DNA of 64,000 nt from Candidatus Pacearchaeota archaeon (GCA_017609915.1 JAFCDA010000001.1:5033-69032); one strand, 5' to 3'; shown: positions 28,225-38,049, counted from the first letter of the stretch. A program made the numbers and translations. Notes: a model not told the origin generated them from the letters alone.

Positions 28225-29136
28225 ATGGACCCAATACAAATCCCTCAAGGTTACAATTATATATCTGCATTTTTAACAATGAGATGCAATCTTAATTGTA
28301 GTTTTTGCTTAAATTCAATTGACAAAAGCAGAGAATTTAATAGGACAAAATTTAAAGAGCTTTCTGGAGAGCAATGGGTTAAAGCATTAAATAGGATTGA
28401 ATCACGTCCAGAAGTTCCAGTAACCTTTTCAGGAGGAGAGCCTTTTTTACATCCAGATTTTCTTTATATCCTTAAGAATCTTAAAAAAGATTTAAACATA
28501 GATATTTTAACTAATTTATCTTTTGAAGTAGCTGTTGAAAAATTTTTAAAAGAAATAGACCCAGAAAGAATAAAGAGAAATGTTCCTTATGCTTGTATTC
28601 GTGTTTCTTATCATCCAGAACAAATGGGAAATGGTGCAGAACTTATTGAAACAGTTAAAAAACTAAAAGATGCTGGATTTAGTATTGGTGTATGGAGTGT
28701 TTTATATCCTTCTTTTGAAAATCTCTCTGCAATAAATCAAATGCAATTTAGATGTATAGATGCAGGAATTGATTTTAGATTAAAAGAATATACTGGAACC
28801 TATAAGGGAGACTTATATGGAGATTATTCTAAATATTCTAACTCAGTTTTATCAAATAAATTAAAAAAATGCTTATGTAAGGGCTCTGAATTATTAATAG
28901 CTCCAAATGGAAATATTTACAAATGTCACAGTGATTTATTTAGTGAAGAATTTCCTATAGGAAATATTCTTGACCCTAATTTCCAAATTAAAAACGAATT
29001 TAGAAAATGTGAGAAATATGGTCAGTGCCATCCATGTGATGTAAAACTTAAGACAAATTATAAACAAGAATTAGGGAATACCTCTGTTGAAATAAAAGAA
29101 ATAGAAGATAATTCTCAACCGAAAGTTATAGTTTAA
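28225..29136 (+). CDS. radical SAM protein (small, C-terminal Cys-rich)
   Basis: CNLNCSFC cluster motif, FSGGEPFLHPDF, C-terminal CEKYGQCHPCD. Confidence 0.75.
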   Translation: MDPIQIPQGYNYISAFLTMRCNLNCSFCLNSIDKSREFNRTKFKELSGEQWVKALNRIESRPEVPVTFSGGEPFLHPDFLYILKNLKKDLNIDILTNLSFEVAVEKFLKEIDPERIKRNVPYACIRVSYHPEQMGNGAELIETVKKLKDAGFSIGVWSVLYPSFENLSAINQMQFRCIDAGIDFRLKEYTGTYKGDLYGDYSKYSNSVLSNKLKKCLCKGSELLIAPNGNIYKCHSDLFSEEFPIGNILDPNFQIKNEFRKCEKYGQCHPCDVKLKTNYKQELGNTSVEIKEIEDNSQPKVIV

Positions 29137-29223
29137 ATTTTTTGGTATTTATAAAAATATGATGAGATAAAGAAGAGGGATTAAGTTATTCAGATAATAT
29201 CTCTTGATTGAGCTTATAAAATA

Positions 29224-30840
29224 TTAAAATGTTTTTTTTATAGATTTTTTAACTAATTTTAAATCCTTAAATAATTTTTTTATAACTGATTTTATCACCA
29301 TTAAATCCTCTTTATCAAGAGAATGTGAAATAATTATTAAAGACAAGTAAAGTAAAATAAACAAAGAGGTTAAAATTATAATTGAAAAAACATTAATTGT
29401 AACTTTTTCTATTAAATAAAATAAAACTCCTGTTGGGATTATTGAAACTAAGATTATAGTAAACATCTTTCTTTTTAAAGGTATAAATGAAAGATGTTTT
29501 TTTGTTTGTATAATCAAAAGGGTATTTAAAAAGATTATAGATAAAACAGTTGCAAGAGAAGCTCCGATTAAACCATTTGAATTATCTAAAGAAAACAAAA
29601 CAGGTATTGGAACTAATATTGAATTTAATATTAAATTAACAATTGCAGATATAGATATATTAAACAAGATTAACTTAGATTTACCTAACATTGAAATAAG
29701 ATTTGTTGAAATCATAAATAATGCAGAAATAAATGTTCCAATTAGCAAAAATTTAAGGGCAATTTGTGCAATAACATATTGACTTCCAAAAAGGATATTT
29801 AATGATGCTCCTGAAAAAAAGAATATTAAAATAAAAATTGGAAGAATTGCCATAAATATCCATTTATTTACTTGTTTACTAAGCTGTTTGATTAAAGCAT
29901 TATTTTTTGCAGAATATTGTCTTGTTATAAGTGGAAAAAATAACTGCATAAATAATTGTGGGACAATCATTATAAGCATTGCAATTGGCACAGCTGCATT
30001 ATAAAACCCAACTTCTACTGCAGATTTATAATAACCTAAAGAAATAGTATCAATCCAATGAAAAATAATAGATATAGCTGCAAAAAATAATAATGGCCAG
30101 GAATATTGAAAAAACTCTTTACTAATCTTTGAATAATCTTTTTTCTCATAAGAACCAAAGATTTTATTTATTTTATTTTTACAAACTAAATAAGCAGCAA
30201 ATAATGTAAGAATTGAACCAGATATGTAAGACCAAACAACAGCATTTCCTCCTGAATTAAAACCTATGAAAATAAGAATTATAAGCACACCTACACGGAC
30301 TAAATTTTGAAAAATATTAAAAATAAAAGAATACCATCCAATCTTTTCAAACCCTCTAAGCACTGTGAGAAATATACTTGCAAGCATTACAGCAAGAATT
30401 GAAAAACTCATTATTTTTAGAAAAATAGAAAGGCTTGGATTATGAAATATTTGTATTGAAATAAAATCTGATAAACCAATTAAAACTATTGAAGCAATTA
30501 TCCCAGAGATTAAATAAAATCTCAGTGTTTTTCTAAATAAATACCTCATCTCATTAATCTTTTTTCTCTCTCTTAATAATGGGACAAATCTTAATAATCC
30601 ATCTACAAAACCAAAAGAAGCAATTGTGATAAAAAGAGGGATTACAGATAAAACAAGAGAAAATAATCCATAAATTTCTGGGCCATAATAACGAGCAATA
30701 ATTATCCTATAAGCATACATTAAAACTTTTGATAAAAAAAGTCCAATAAAAACAATAAAAGAAGATTTCATAATTAGTTTAAGAGATTTATTAAGCTGAT
30801 TTTCTCTTGTAATATGTTCCTGATTTTTCAAATGTTCCAT
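29224..30840 (-). CDS. oligosaccharide/polysaccharide flippase (MOP superfamily, Wzx-like)
   Basis: 538 aa with ~14 TM helices by eye. N-terminal pattern typical of polysaccharide biosynthesis (Wzx) proteins. Closes the glycan island. Confidence 0.7.
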   Translation of the reverse strand: MEHLKNQEHITRENQLNKSLKLIMKSSFIVFIGLFLSKVLMYAYRIIIARYYGPEIYGLFSLVLSVIPLFITIASFGFVDGLLRFVPLLRERKKINEMRYLFRKTLRFYLISGIIASIVLIGLSDFISIQIFHNPSLSIFLKIMSFSILAVMLASIFLTVLRGFEKIGWYSFIFNIFQNLVRVGVLIILIFIGFNSGGNAVVWSYISGSILTLFAAYLVCKNKINKIFGSYEKKDYSKISKEFFQYSWPLLFFAAISIIFHWIDTISLGYYKSAVEVGFYNAAVPIAMLIMIVPQLFMQLFFPLITRQYSAKNNALIKQLSKQVNKWIFMAILPIFILIFFFSGASLNILFGSQYVIAQIALKFLLIGTFISALFMISTNLISMLGKSKLILFNISISAIVNLILNSILVPIPVLFSLDNSNGLIGASLATVLSIIFLNTLLIIQTKKHLSFIPLKRKMFTIILVSIIPTGVLFYLIEKVTINVFSIIILTSLFILLYLSLIIISHSLDKEDLMVIKSVIKKLFKDLKLVKKSIKKTF

Positions 30841-30904
30841 AAAGAAGATAAGAATTTGTTTTTTTTAAAGCTATATGTAGGAATTATATGTTTTTTAATC
30901 TAAT

Positions 30905-31333
30905 TCAAAAATATTTGTTTGGATATTTTTCTCTTAATACTAAATGTCTTATTAAACTAAATTCCCTAACATAAAGCATATTTTTATGCCCAAAGTATAA
31001 TAAATCTAATATTGAATGAAATATCATTCCAATTAAAGCAAAATAAAATCCTCTCCAGAAAAAAGATAAAATAAAAACAAGAATTAAAAATTCTATTGTG
31101 TGGAAAACCATCATTATTGGTTTTTTTAAATTTTTACTTAGTTTTTCAAGATAATTATAAGAATTTTTTAAATCCCAATCTTTTTTTCTTGCTACATACC
31201 ATAAGTAATGGTCAAAGTCTATTAAAATAGAACTTAAAAAAACTAAAAGAGTTTGGAAGATAGTTAATGAAAATAACCAATATAATAATGCTGAAAATAT
31301 TGCTCCTAATATGATGTGGTGTTTTGGCAGCAT
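30905..31333 (-). CDS. small membrane protein (possibly DUF457/YdjM-like metal-dependent hydrolase)
   Basis: MLPKHHIILGAIF...LIDFDHYLWY. 4 TM helices. Confidence 0.35.
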   Translation of the reverse strand: MLPKHHIILGAIFSALLYWLFSLTIFQTLLVFLSSILIDFDHYLWYVARKKDWDLKNSYNYLEKLSKNLKKPIMMVFHTIEFLILVFILSFFWRGFYFALIGMIFHSILDLLYFGHKNMLYVREFSLIRHLVLREKYPNKYF

Positions 31334-31556
31334 TTTTACCTCTTTTTTATGTTTCTTTTTTTATCTCTATAATCTTAGGTTTAATTATCTGAGTTTTTCT
31401 TAATCCCAGTAGAACAAATCTCCCTATACTTATAAATTATTTGTATAAAATATTTATATTCTTATTGTATTTTTAAGCTATGCTCTTCTTTTCTTTAAAT
31501 CTTAATCTCATCATAACATCTTTTCTTATGCTTATAAGATATTTGTTTTTAATAGA

Positions 31557-33062
31557 TTAATCTCTCAAAATCTTTTTTACCATTTCTGAGAATGCAGGAC
31601 GAGTAATAAATACTCCTGCTGAGATTCCAATTATTGTTGTGATTGCAAATCCTTTTAATAAACCTGCTCCTGCCCACATAAGAGGAAGCAAAGCAAATAA
31701 TGTAGTTACATATGTTCCTAAAATAATAAACAAAGCTCTTTTAATTCTCTGTTTTAATGAAAGAATATGACTCATTTGAGATTCATCTAAGATAATTATT
31801 TGTGAATCAACCCCTGTTCCAATTGCTGCTATAATTCCTGCAATTGCTGGTAAATCTAAATTTCTTTTAAATAATGCTGAAATTCCTAAAATTATTAAAA
31901 CTTCACACAAACTTGTTAATAAAACTGCTAAAGATAATTTTATTTTTCTATATCTTAAAAAAATCATTAAACCTACTGCAAGAATTGCAGCAGCTCCTGC
32001 AATTAAAATTGTGTTAATAAATTTTTTCCCAAGTAATGGAGAAATTGTATCTAATTTTTCTATTTGTAATTTAAAAGGTAGAGAGCCTGTTTTTAGAACT
32101 GTTTGTAATCTATTCATCTCAATTTTAGTATTTTCTATTGCTTCATTCCTTGTTTCTCCAGACCCAGATCCGCTAATTTGAATCTGAGTTGTTGTACTCC
32201 CCCTCAATCCTTCAGAAATAGATAAAGAACTAAATAATTCATCATCTAAATATAAATCTATTTTTTTATCTAATGATTGTGGATTTTCAGGGTCTAATCC
32301 CAACCCTTTTGTTATCTTTGCAAATCTTTCTGCAGCTTCTGGGCTTAAGGTTATTCCAAATCTAAAGTTACAAAATTCTTCTTCTTGAGTGGTTCTACAA
32401 TCATAAATTCCTGCCTGTTCTCCTGTTTTTGCAACATAAGTTATATCCCTATTCCCACCAATAAATACAGTTTTGTTTCCGATTTTTGCTTCAAATTTTC
32501 CTTGTTGAGAAATTAAATTTCCAAGTTCTTCACGGGTTGAACCAGCTATTTCAATTAACATATAATTATTTCCAGAAAGGTCTGTAACAGGCCTAATTAT
32601 AATATCTTTTAGTCCATAAACATTTAATCTCTGGCTTGTTATGTCTATAAGATCTTGCAACTCCTGAACATTTAATTTTTTATCCTTAGCTACAACTAAT
32701 GCTCTTGATCCACCTGATAAATCTAATCCTGTTTTGATTCTTGTTTTATCTATATTTGCAACACTTATTTGTGGAGCTTTATTTGTAAATAAAATAAATT
32801 CTCCTTTTTTAGTTGTTATTGTTATTTTTTGATTTTCACTTAAAAAAACTTTTGAATTAATTATTTCTTTATAATCTTCAAAACTTAATATTTTTTGCCC
32901 ATCAATATGGGTAATTATCTGTCCTTGCCTTAATCCTTGTTCATAAGCTGTTGAATTTTGTTCTATTGAAATAATTTCAACTCCTTTTTCAAAATTTAAA
33001 GGAACCATAGCTAATATAGAACCTAAAACTACAAATATTAATAACCAAATTTTCCAGTTCAT
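31557..33062 (-). CDS. secD: protein-export membrane protein SecD with N-terminal PDZ-like segment
   Basis: GLDLSGGSRALV motif and a C-terminal 5-6 TM bundle. Directly downstream of secF. Confidence 0.75.
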   Translation of the reverse strand: MNWKIWLLIFVVLGSILAMVPLNFEKGVEIISIEQNSTAYEQGLRQGQIITHIDGQKILSFEDYKEIINSKVFLSENQKITITTKKGEFILFTNKAPQISVANIDKTRIKTGLDLSGGSRALVVAKDKKLNVQELQDLIDITSQRLNVYGLKDIIIRPVTDLSGNNYMLIEIAGSTREELGNLISQQGKFEAKIGNKTVFIGGNRDITYVAKTGEQAGIYDCRTTQEEEFCNFRFGITLSPEAAERFAKITKGLGLDPENPQSLDKKIDLYLDDELFSSLSISEGLRGSTTTQIQISGSGSGETRNEAIENTKIEMNRLQTVLKTGSLPFKLQIEKLDTISPLLGKKFINTILIAGAAAILAVGLMIFLRYRKIKLSLAVLLTSLCEVLIILGISALFKRNLDLPAIAGIIAAIGTGVDSQIIILDESQMSHILSLKQRIKRALFIILGTYVTTLFALLPLMWAGAGLLKGFAITTIIGISAGVFITRPAFSEMVKKILRD

Positions 33063-33168
33063 TTTTTGTTTTTCATTTTTATTTAATTTTTAATTATCTT
33101 ATATCCTTAATCTTCTCATCTGAATCTCGTTCTATGCTTATAAGATATTAATTATTTTCCTCCATAAT

Positions 33169-34122
33169 TTAATCCCTCTCCTTCTTTTCCAAATACCATT
33201 TTAATATTGAAGCATTTGTAATCCATGTATTAAGAATATCAAAACCTAAACCAATTAACAAGATAGTGAATATTTGTTTTAAAACAGGTGAAAATGATTG
33301 AGTGATAATTAAAGCTACACTAAGTGCAATTATAGAAGTTAGAGTCATTGTTATCCCTGTTTTAAATGCATCTTTAAGTTTTGTGTTTATTTGCCCTTGT
33401 CTTTTTAATAGACGTGTTGTAAGCATAATATCAGTATCTACACTATAACCAATTAACATTAAAAATGCAATAATTCCTGCACTTGAAACTCTTATTCCTA
33501 ATATATTTACTAAAGCTAAAGTCATCATAATATCTGCAAAAGCAGAAAGAACAACTGCCATACTTGGTGCAAAAGTTCTAAAAATAATAAAAACAACTAT
33601 TGCCATTAAAATAAAAGATATTAAAATTGCAAATTGTAATTGTTTGTAAAAAGACTCTCCTAAAGTTGAGCCTGTTGAGACCACGCTTGAATTTTCACTT
33701 GTTAAGTCATAACCTAAGAAATCTTCTATTGAAGAAGTTATGGTTTTATACTCTTCAGAAGTTGATTCTATTGGAATTTCAATAATAATTGCTTCTTGTT
33801 TTCCTGTTCTAAAATTAGATAGTTCTCTGATATTAAAATCATCTATTTTCTGAGATAATCTGTTTGTTAAATCATTTATATTTATTTCTTCTTGTTCAGA
33901 AAAAATAGTTATTGTTGTTCCTCCTGTTAAAGAAACATCTCTTTTTATGAAGTCGTTGTTTTGCTGGTGGAAATATGCTATATAACCTAATGATAGGATT
34001 AATAAAATTAAGGGGATTAAAAGTAGTAACTTATAGTTTTTATTATAAAATTTTAGGGCTTTTCTTCCTAATTTCTTTTCTTCTTGTTCTATTTCATTGA
34101 GGATGTTGTTTTCTTGTTCCAT
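33169..34122 (-). CDS. secF: protein-export membrane protein SecF
   Basis: LMLIGYSVDTDIMLTTRLLKR and the TM pattern. Met at 34122 (MEQENN) preferred over ORF-track start 34182, which runs into the repeat element. Confidence 0.8.
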   Translation of the reverse strand: MEQENNILNEIEQEEKKLGRKALKFYNKNYKLLLLIPLILLILSLGYIAYFHQQNNDFIKRDVSLTGGTTITIFSEQEEININDLTNRLSQKIDDFNIRELSNFRTGKQEAIIIEIPIESTSEEYKTITSSIEDFLGYDLTSENSSVVSTGSTLGESFYKQLQFAILISFILMAIVVFIIFRTFAPSMAVVLSAFADIMMTLALVNILGIRVSSAGIIAFLMLIGYSVDTDIMLTTRLLKRQGQINTKLKDAFKTGITMTLTSIIALSVALIITQSFSPVLKQIFTILLIGLGFDILNTWITNASILKWYLEKKERD

Positions 34123-34170
34123 ATTTTGTTTTATCTGGTATCTTAATATCTTAAGCTGAATTGATGAGTG

Positions 34171-34244
34171 GCAAGGGTACATCCCTTCCGTAACCCTTTT
34201 CTTAATCTTCTCATCTGAGTATCTCTCTATGCTTATAAAATATT
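34171..34244. repeat. ~80-nt intergenic element, copy 2 (first copy 2157..2237)
   Basis: gcaagggtacatcccttccgtaaccc...tcttctcatctgag...ctatgcttataaaatatt. Same orientation relative to the downstream (minus-strand) gene as copy 1. Confidence 0.8.
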
Positions 34245-34272
34245 AGTTTTTTATTTGATTTTTATTATTAAA

Positions 34273-34343
34273 TGCGCGGACTGGGAATCGAACCCAGGTT
34301 TTCTGGTTGGAAGCCAGAAGTTCTACCACTAAACTATCCACGC
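34273..34343 (-). tRNA. tRNA-Gly (anticodon UCC)
   Basis: Minus strand GCGTGGA TA GTTT..GAAC T TCTGG CTTCCAA CCAGA ... CTGGG TTCGATT CCCAG TCCGCGC A. Cloverleaf folds by hand. Confidence 0.9.
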
Positions 34344-34392
34344 ATGATTTCACTAATTTCTAAGGGTTTTTAAAGATTATTAAGCCTTATGA

Positions 34393-34466
34393 TGCTCCTG
34401 ACAGGACTCGAACCTGCGACCCCTTCCTTAGGAGGGAAGTGCTCTATCCAACTGAGCTACAGGAGC
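34393..34466 (-). tRNA. tRNA-Arg (anticodon CCU)
   Basis: Minus strand GCTCCTG TA GCTC AGTTGGATA GAGC A CTTCC CTCCTAA GGAAG ... GCAGG TTCGAGT CCTGT CAGGAGC A. Confidence 0.9.
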
Positions 34467-34539
34467 TTACTTGAGTAATACATTACATTATACCAATTAT
34501 CTTTATAAACTTTAAATATTCGGATAATATATTACAAAA

Positions 34540-35223
34540 ATGGCGGCACAAACAAAATGGCAAAGTTTTGAGGAATTTTTAGTTAATCAACCAATCCAAG
34601 TAGATTATTTTTATTTGATAATTGCTTTACTAATAGCTGCATTACTTTCATTTATATTAGGTAAACTTTATGTGAAATATGGGACTTCTATTTCAAATAG
34701 GAGAAAATTTTCATCTAATTTTGTCTTGGTTACAACTACTACTACTTTAATTATAATGATTGTTAAATCATCTCTTGCACTTTCATTAGGGCTTGTTGGA
34801 GCATTATCAATTGTAAGATTTAGGGCAGCAATAAAAGAACCTGAAGAACTAGCTTTCTTGTTTCTCACAATTTCAATTGGATTAGGATTAGGTGCAGGAC
34901 AATTATTAACAACAATTATAGCTTTTTTTATAATTTCTTTATTAATTTGTGGGCGTCATTTTTATTATAAAAAAGAAGAAAATCAAAATCTATATTTAAC
35001 TGTTTCTGGAAAAAATATTAAACTAAAAGATATAGTTGATGCATTAAACAAACATTGCTCATCTGTTCATTTAAAACGTTTTGACCAATTAGAAGAAGGA
35101 TTAGAAGCCTCTTTTTTAGTTGATTTTGATTCTTTCCAAAAATTAGAAAAAACAAAAAGAGAGTTAAATTCTCTTTCAAAAGAAGTTAATATAACATACC
35201 TTGATAAATCGGGCTTAGATTAA
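34540..35223 (+). CDS. DUF4956-like membrane protein
   Basis: LVGALSIVRFRAAIKEPEELAFLFLTISIGLGLGAG resembles the DUF4956 core. 4 TM helices plus a soluble C-terminal domain. Confidence 0.6.
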   Translation: MAAQTKWQSFEEFLVNQPIQVDYFYLIIALLIAALLSFILGKLYVKYGTSISNRRKFSSNFVLVTTTTTLIIMIVKSSLALSLGLVGALSIVRFRAAIKEPEELAFLFLTISIGLGLGAGQLLTTIIAFFIISLLICGRHFYYKKEENQNLYLTVSGKNIKLKDIVDALNKHCSSVHLKRFDQLEEGLEASFLVDFDSFQKLEKTKRELNSLSKEVNITYLDKSGLD

Positions 35224-35225
35224 AA

Positions 35226-37982
35226 ATGAAATTAAAAGAAAGGAAAGAAGGTAATTTTTTTTATTATTTAAAGAAAAGTTTAAAATTTATTTCTAGAGGT
35301 ATATTTAATAAAAAAACAAAAATCATTTTCTGGATTTTAATTCTGATTGTTCTTTTTTCAATGGGAACGCTTTTTGGATTATTAATTTCTGGTTTTTTTG
35401 GGACATTTGATGAGCCCTCACAAAGAGTTATAGATTTATTGCATTCTAAAGGCATAATAGGGCTTAAAAATATTAAACGCCAAATGGAAGGGGTTATTAG
35501 TGAAAATTTCAAGATTCCAATTAATTACATAGCAGGCCAATTTTCAAAACCTAAGAAAATCTTTATTGATATTGGTCTTGATAATTATAAAAGAATAGAG
35601 TATAAACGTGAACAAGCATTAGATATTGGGGTGCTTGTTACTTCTGGAGAAGATTATGTTCCTGCAGAGATTAGATATAAAGACCAGGTAGTTAATGTAA
35701 ACTTAAGATTAAAAGGAGATTGGGTGGATCATCTTGAAGGAGATAAATGGTCTTTTAGAATTAAAACAAAAGGAGATACGCTTTTTGGAATGAAAACTTT
35801 TTCAATACAAGACCCAAAAACTAGAAATTATTTAAATGAATGGTTGTATCATCAGGCTCTTGAAAGAGAAGATGTCTTATCTCTTAAGTATGATTTTGTA
35901 GAGGTTGTTATAAATGGAGAAAATAAAGGCATATATGCTTTAGAAGAACATTTTGAAAAACAATTAATTGAACGAAATAATAGGAGAGAAGGATTGATTA
36001 TTAAATTTAATGAAGATCCTATGTGGGATGAAATTGTAAAAATAAATAATTATTATACTCATCCTCTTGAATTAATTAGTGCTTTAGATAATAAATCTTT
36101 AGATTGGTTTTATAGTAGCAGTATAGAAACTTTTACTAATGAAAAATCTTTAAAAGATCCTTATTTAGCTAAACAATTTGAAGAAGCTAGTAGTTTATTA
36201 GAATCTTTTAGAAGAGGTTCATTAGGAGTTTCAGAAGTTTTTGATACAGATAAACTTGCAAAATATTTTGCTATTAATACATTAATGGGAACTGGACATG
36301 CTTCTACATGGAATAATATTAGATTTTATTATAATCCTATAACTTCCCGTTTAGAACCAATTGGTTTTGATGCAAATTGTGATGTTGAGGCCCCATATAA
36401 TGTTATCGGAGATTATATTCCTCCTTGTTTATCTAATGAAAACAATTGTTCTCAAAAAATAGAATCTTTTTCTGATTTATTTCTCAGGGATAAAGAATTT
36501 TTTGAAAAATATATGAAAGAATTAGATAAATTTTCTCAAAAATCTTATTTAGATAGCTTATTTTTAGATTTGGGTGATGACCTTGAAAAAAATTTAAACA
36601 TTATTCATAAGAATTATCCCTTTTATTGTTTTTCCATCCAATCTTTTTATGAAAGACAGAAACGAATAAGAGAAGGATTAACCCCTTTGAAAAGTATAAA
36701 TGCATATTTTCAGAAAAGTTTACCTTCTCAAAATGAACTTGTTTTATATATTGGAAATGTGAAGTTCATCCCTTTAGAAATTGAAAATTTAGTTTATAAT
36801 GATTCTGTTATCTTTCACTTAATTGAAGGTGATAAACTTCTTCAACCAAAAATAGCTTCTGAGCCTGTAGATTATCAAAAGTTTAATTTTAAAATTCCTG
36901 CTGGTTTTTCATGGAATGACAGCTTTGCTTCAGATTTAAAGATTAATTATAAAATCTTGGGAATTGAGGGGATAAAAGAAGAGATTGTTTCTCCCTGGTC
37001 TTATGTTGAAGAAAACTTCTTAGAAGAAGATTTTATAAGGCAAGAAACAAATATTAGTTCTTTTGAATTATTAATAATAGAAGAAGATACTAAATCAATA
37101 TTTATTCAAAAAGGGTCGTGGATTTTAAATCAAAGTATGACTATTCCTCCAGGATTTAGTGTGTATTGTAATGAAGGAACAAGTATTAATCTTATGAATG
37201 GTGCAACAATACTTTCTTATTCAGACTTACAATTTTCTGGATCAGACGAAAATCCAATTAAAATCTTTTCATCTGATAGAACTGGGCAAGGCCTTACATT
37301 ATTAAATGTCGAACGTGTTTCTAATCTTAAACATGTTATTTTTAATGATTTGACAAGTCCAATTAAAAAAGGCTGGGAACTTTCTGGAGCAATCAACTTT
37401 TATAAATCTCCTGTTAAATTAGAGAATATTATTATCAAAGATATTAATTCAGAAGATGGTTTAAATATAATTGACTCTGAATTTGAAATTAGAGATTCTC
37501 ATTTTGAAAATTGTATTTCAGATTGTTTTGATGGTGATTTTGTAGAAGGTCCTATAAAATCTTCTTCATTTATTGGTTGTGGAAATGATGGTTTAGATTT
37601 TTCAGGAAGTTTTGTTGATATAGAAAATATTGATATTTTAAATGTAGGAGACAAAGGGATAAGTGTTGGAGAAGATAGTAATGTAACAATAGAGAATGCA
37701 AAGATAAATGGAGATAAGTTAAATAAAGGTTATATTGGAATTGCAAGTAAGGATAAATCACAAGTTTTTATTAAAAATAGTGAAATTTCAAATGTTGAGT
37801 ATGGTCTTGCAGTTTATGAAAAAAAATCTGAATTTGGAGCTGCTTCAATAAATGCTATCAATATTAATTTTTCTAATATAAATAATAGTTATATTATTGA
37901 AAAAGAATCATCTCTTTTAATTGATGATGTTATGATGCTTAATAAAGAAGAAGAAGTTTATAAAAAATTATATGAATTATGA
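35226..37982 (+). CDS. CotH kinase-like protein with C-terminal beta-helix repeats, N-terminal TM anchor
   Basis: GDWVDHLEGDKWSFRIKTKGD...FSIQDPKTRNYLNEWLYHQALERE...VVINGENKGIYALEEHFEKQLIE matches the CotH family pattern. The C-terminal ~300 aa look like a right-handed beta-helix. Confidence 0.65.
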   Translation: MKLKERKEGNFFYYLKKSLKFISRGIFNKKTKIIFWILILIVLFSMGTLFGLLISGFFGTFDEPSQRVIDLLHSKGIIGLKNIKRQMEGVISENFKIPINYIAGQFSKPKKIFIDIGLDNYKRIEYKREQALDIGVLVTSGEDYVPAEIRYKDQVVNVNLRLKGDWVDHLEGDKWSFRIKTKGDTLFGMKTFSIQDPKTRNYLNEWLYHQALEREDVLSLKYDFVEVVINGENKGIYALEEHFEKQLIERNNRREGLIIKFNEDPMWDEIVKINNYYTHPLELISALDNKSLDWFYSSSIETFTNEKSLKDPYLAKQFEEASSLLESFRRGSLGVSEVFDTDKLAKYFAINTLMGTGHASTWNNIRFYYNPITSRLEPIGFDANCDVEAPYNVIGDYIPPCLSNENNCSQKIESFSDLFLRDKEFFEKYMKELDKFSQKSYLDSLFLDLGDDLEKNLNIIHKNYPFYCFSIQSFYERQKRIREGLTPLKSINAYFQKSLPSQNELVLYIGNVKFIPLEIENLVYNDSVIFHLIEGDKLLQPKIASEPVDYQKFNFKIPAGFSWNDSFASDLKINYKILGIEGIKEEIVSPWSYVEENFLEEDFIRQETNISSFELLIIEEDTKSIFIQKGSWILNQSMTIPPGFSVYCNEGTSINLMNGATILSYSDLQFSGSDENPIKIFSSDRTGQGLTLLNVERVSNLKHVIFNDLTSPIKKGWELSGAINFYKSPVKLENIIIKDINSEDGLNIIDSEFEIRDSHFENCISDCFDGDFVEGPIKSSSFIGCGNDGLDFSGSFVDIENIDILNVGDKGISVGEDSNVTIENAKINGDKLNKGYIGIASKDKSQVFIKNSEISNVEYGLAVYEKKSEFGAASINAININFSNINNSYIIEKESSLLIDDVMMLNKEEEVYKKLYEL

Positions 37983-38015
37983 AATATCAGATTAAAAACT
38001 AATATCTTGATTGAG

Positions 38016-38027
38016 CTTATAAAATAT
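38016..38027 (+). promoter_or_regulatory. putative TATA-like box (CTTATAAAATAT)
   Basis: Lies 23-34 nt upstream of the ATG at 38050. Same box recurs upstream of 45200 and 46416. Confidence 0.4.
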
Positions 38028-38049
38028 AGGTTAATAGAATAACACAAAA

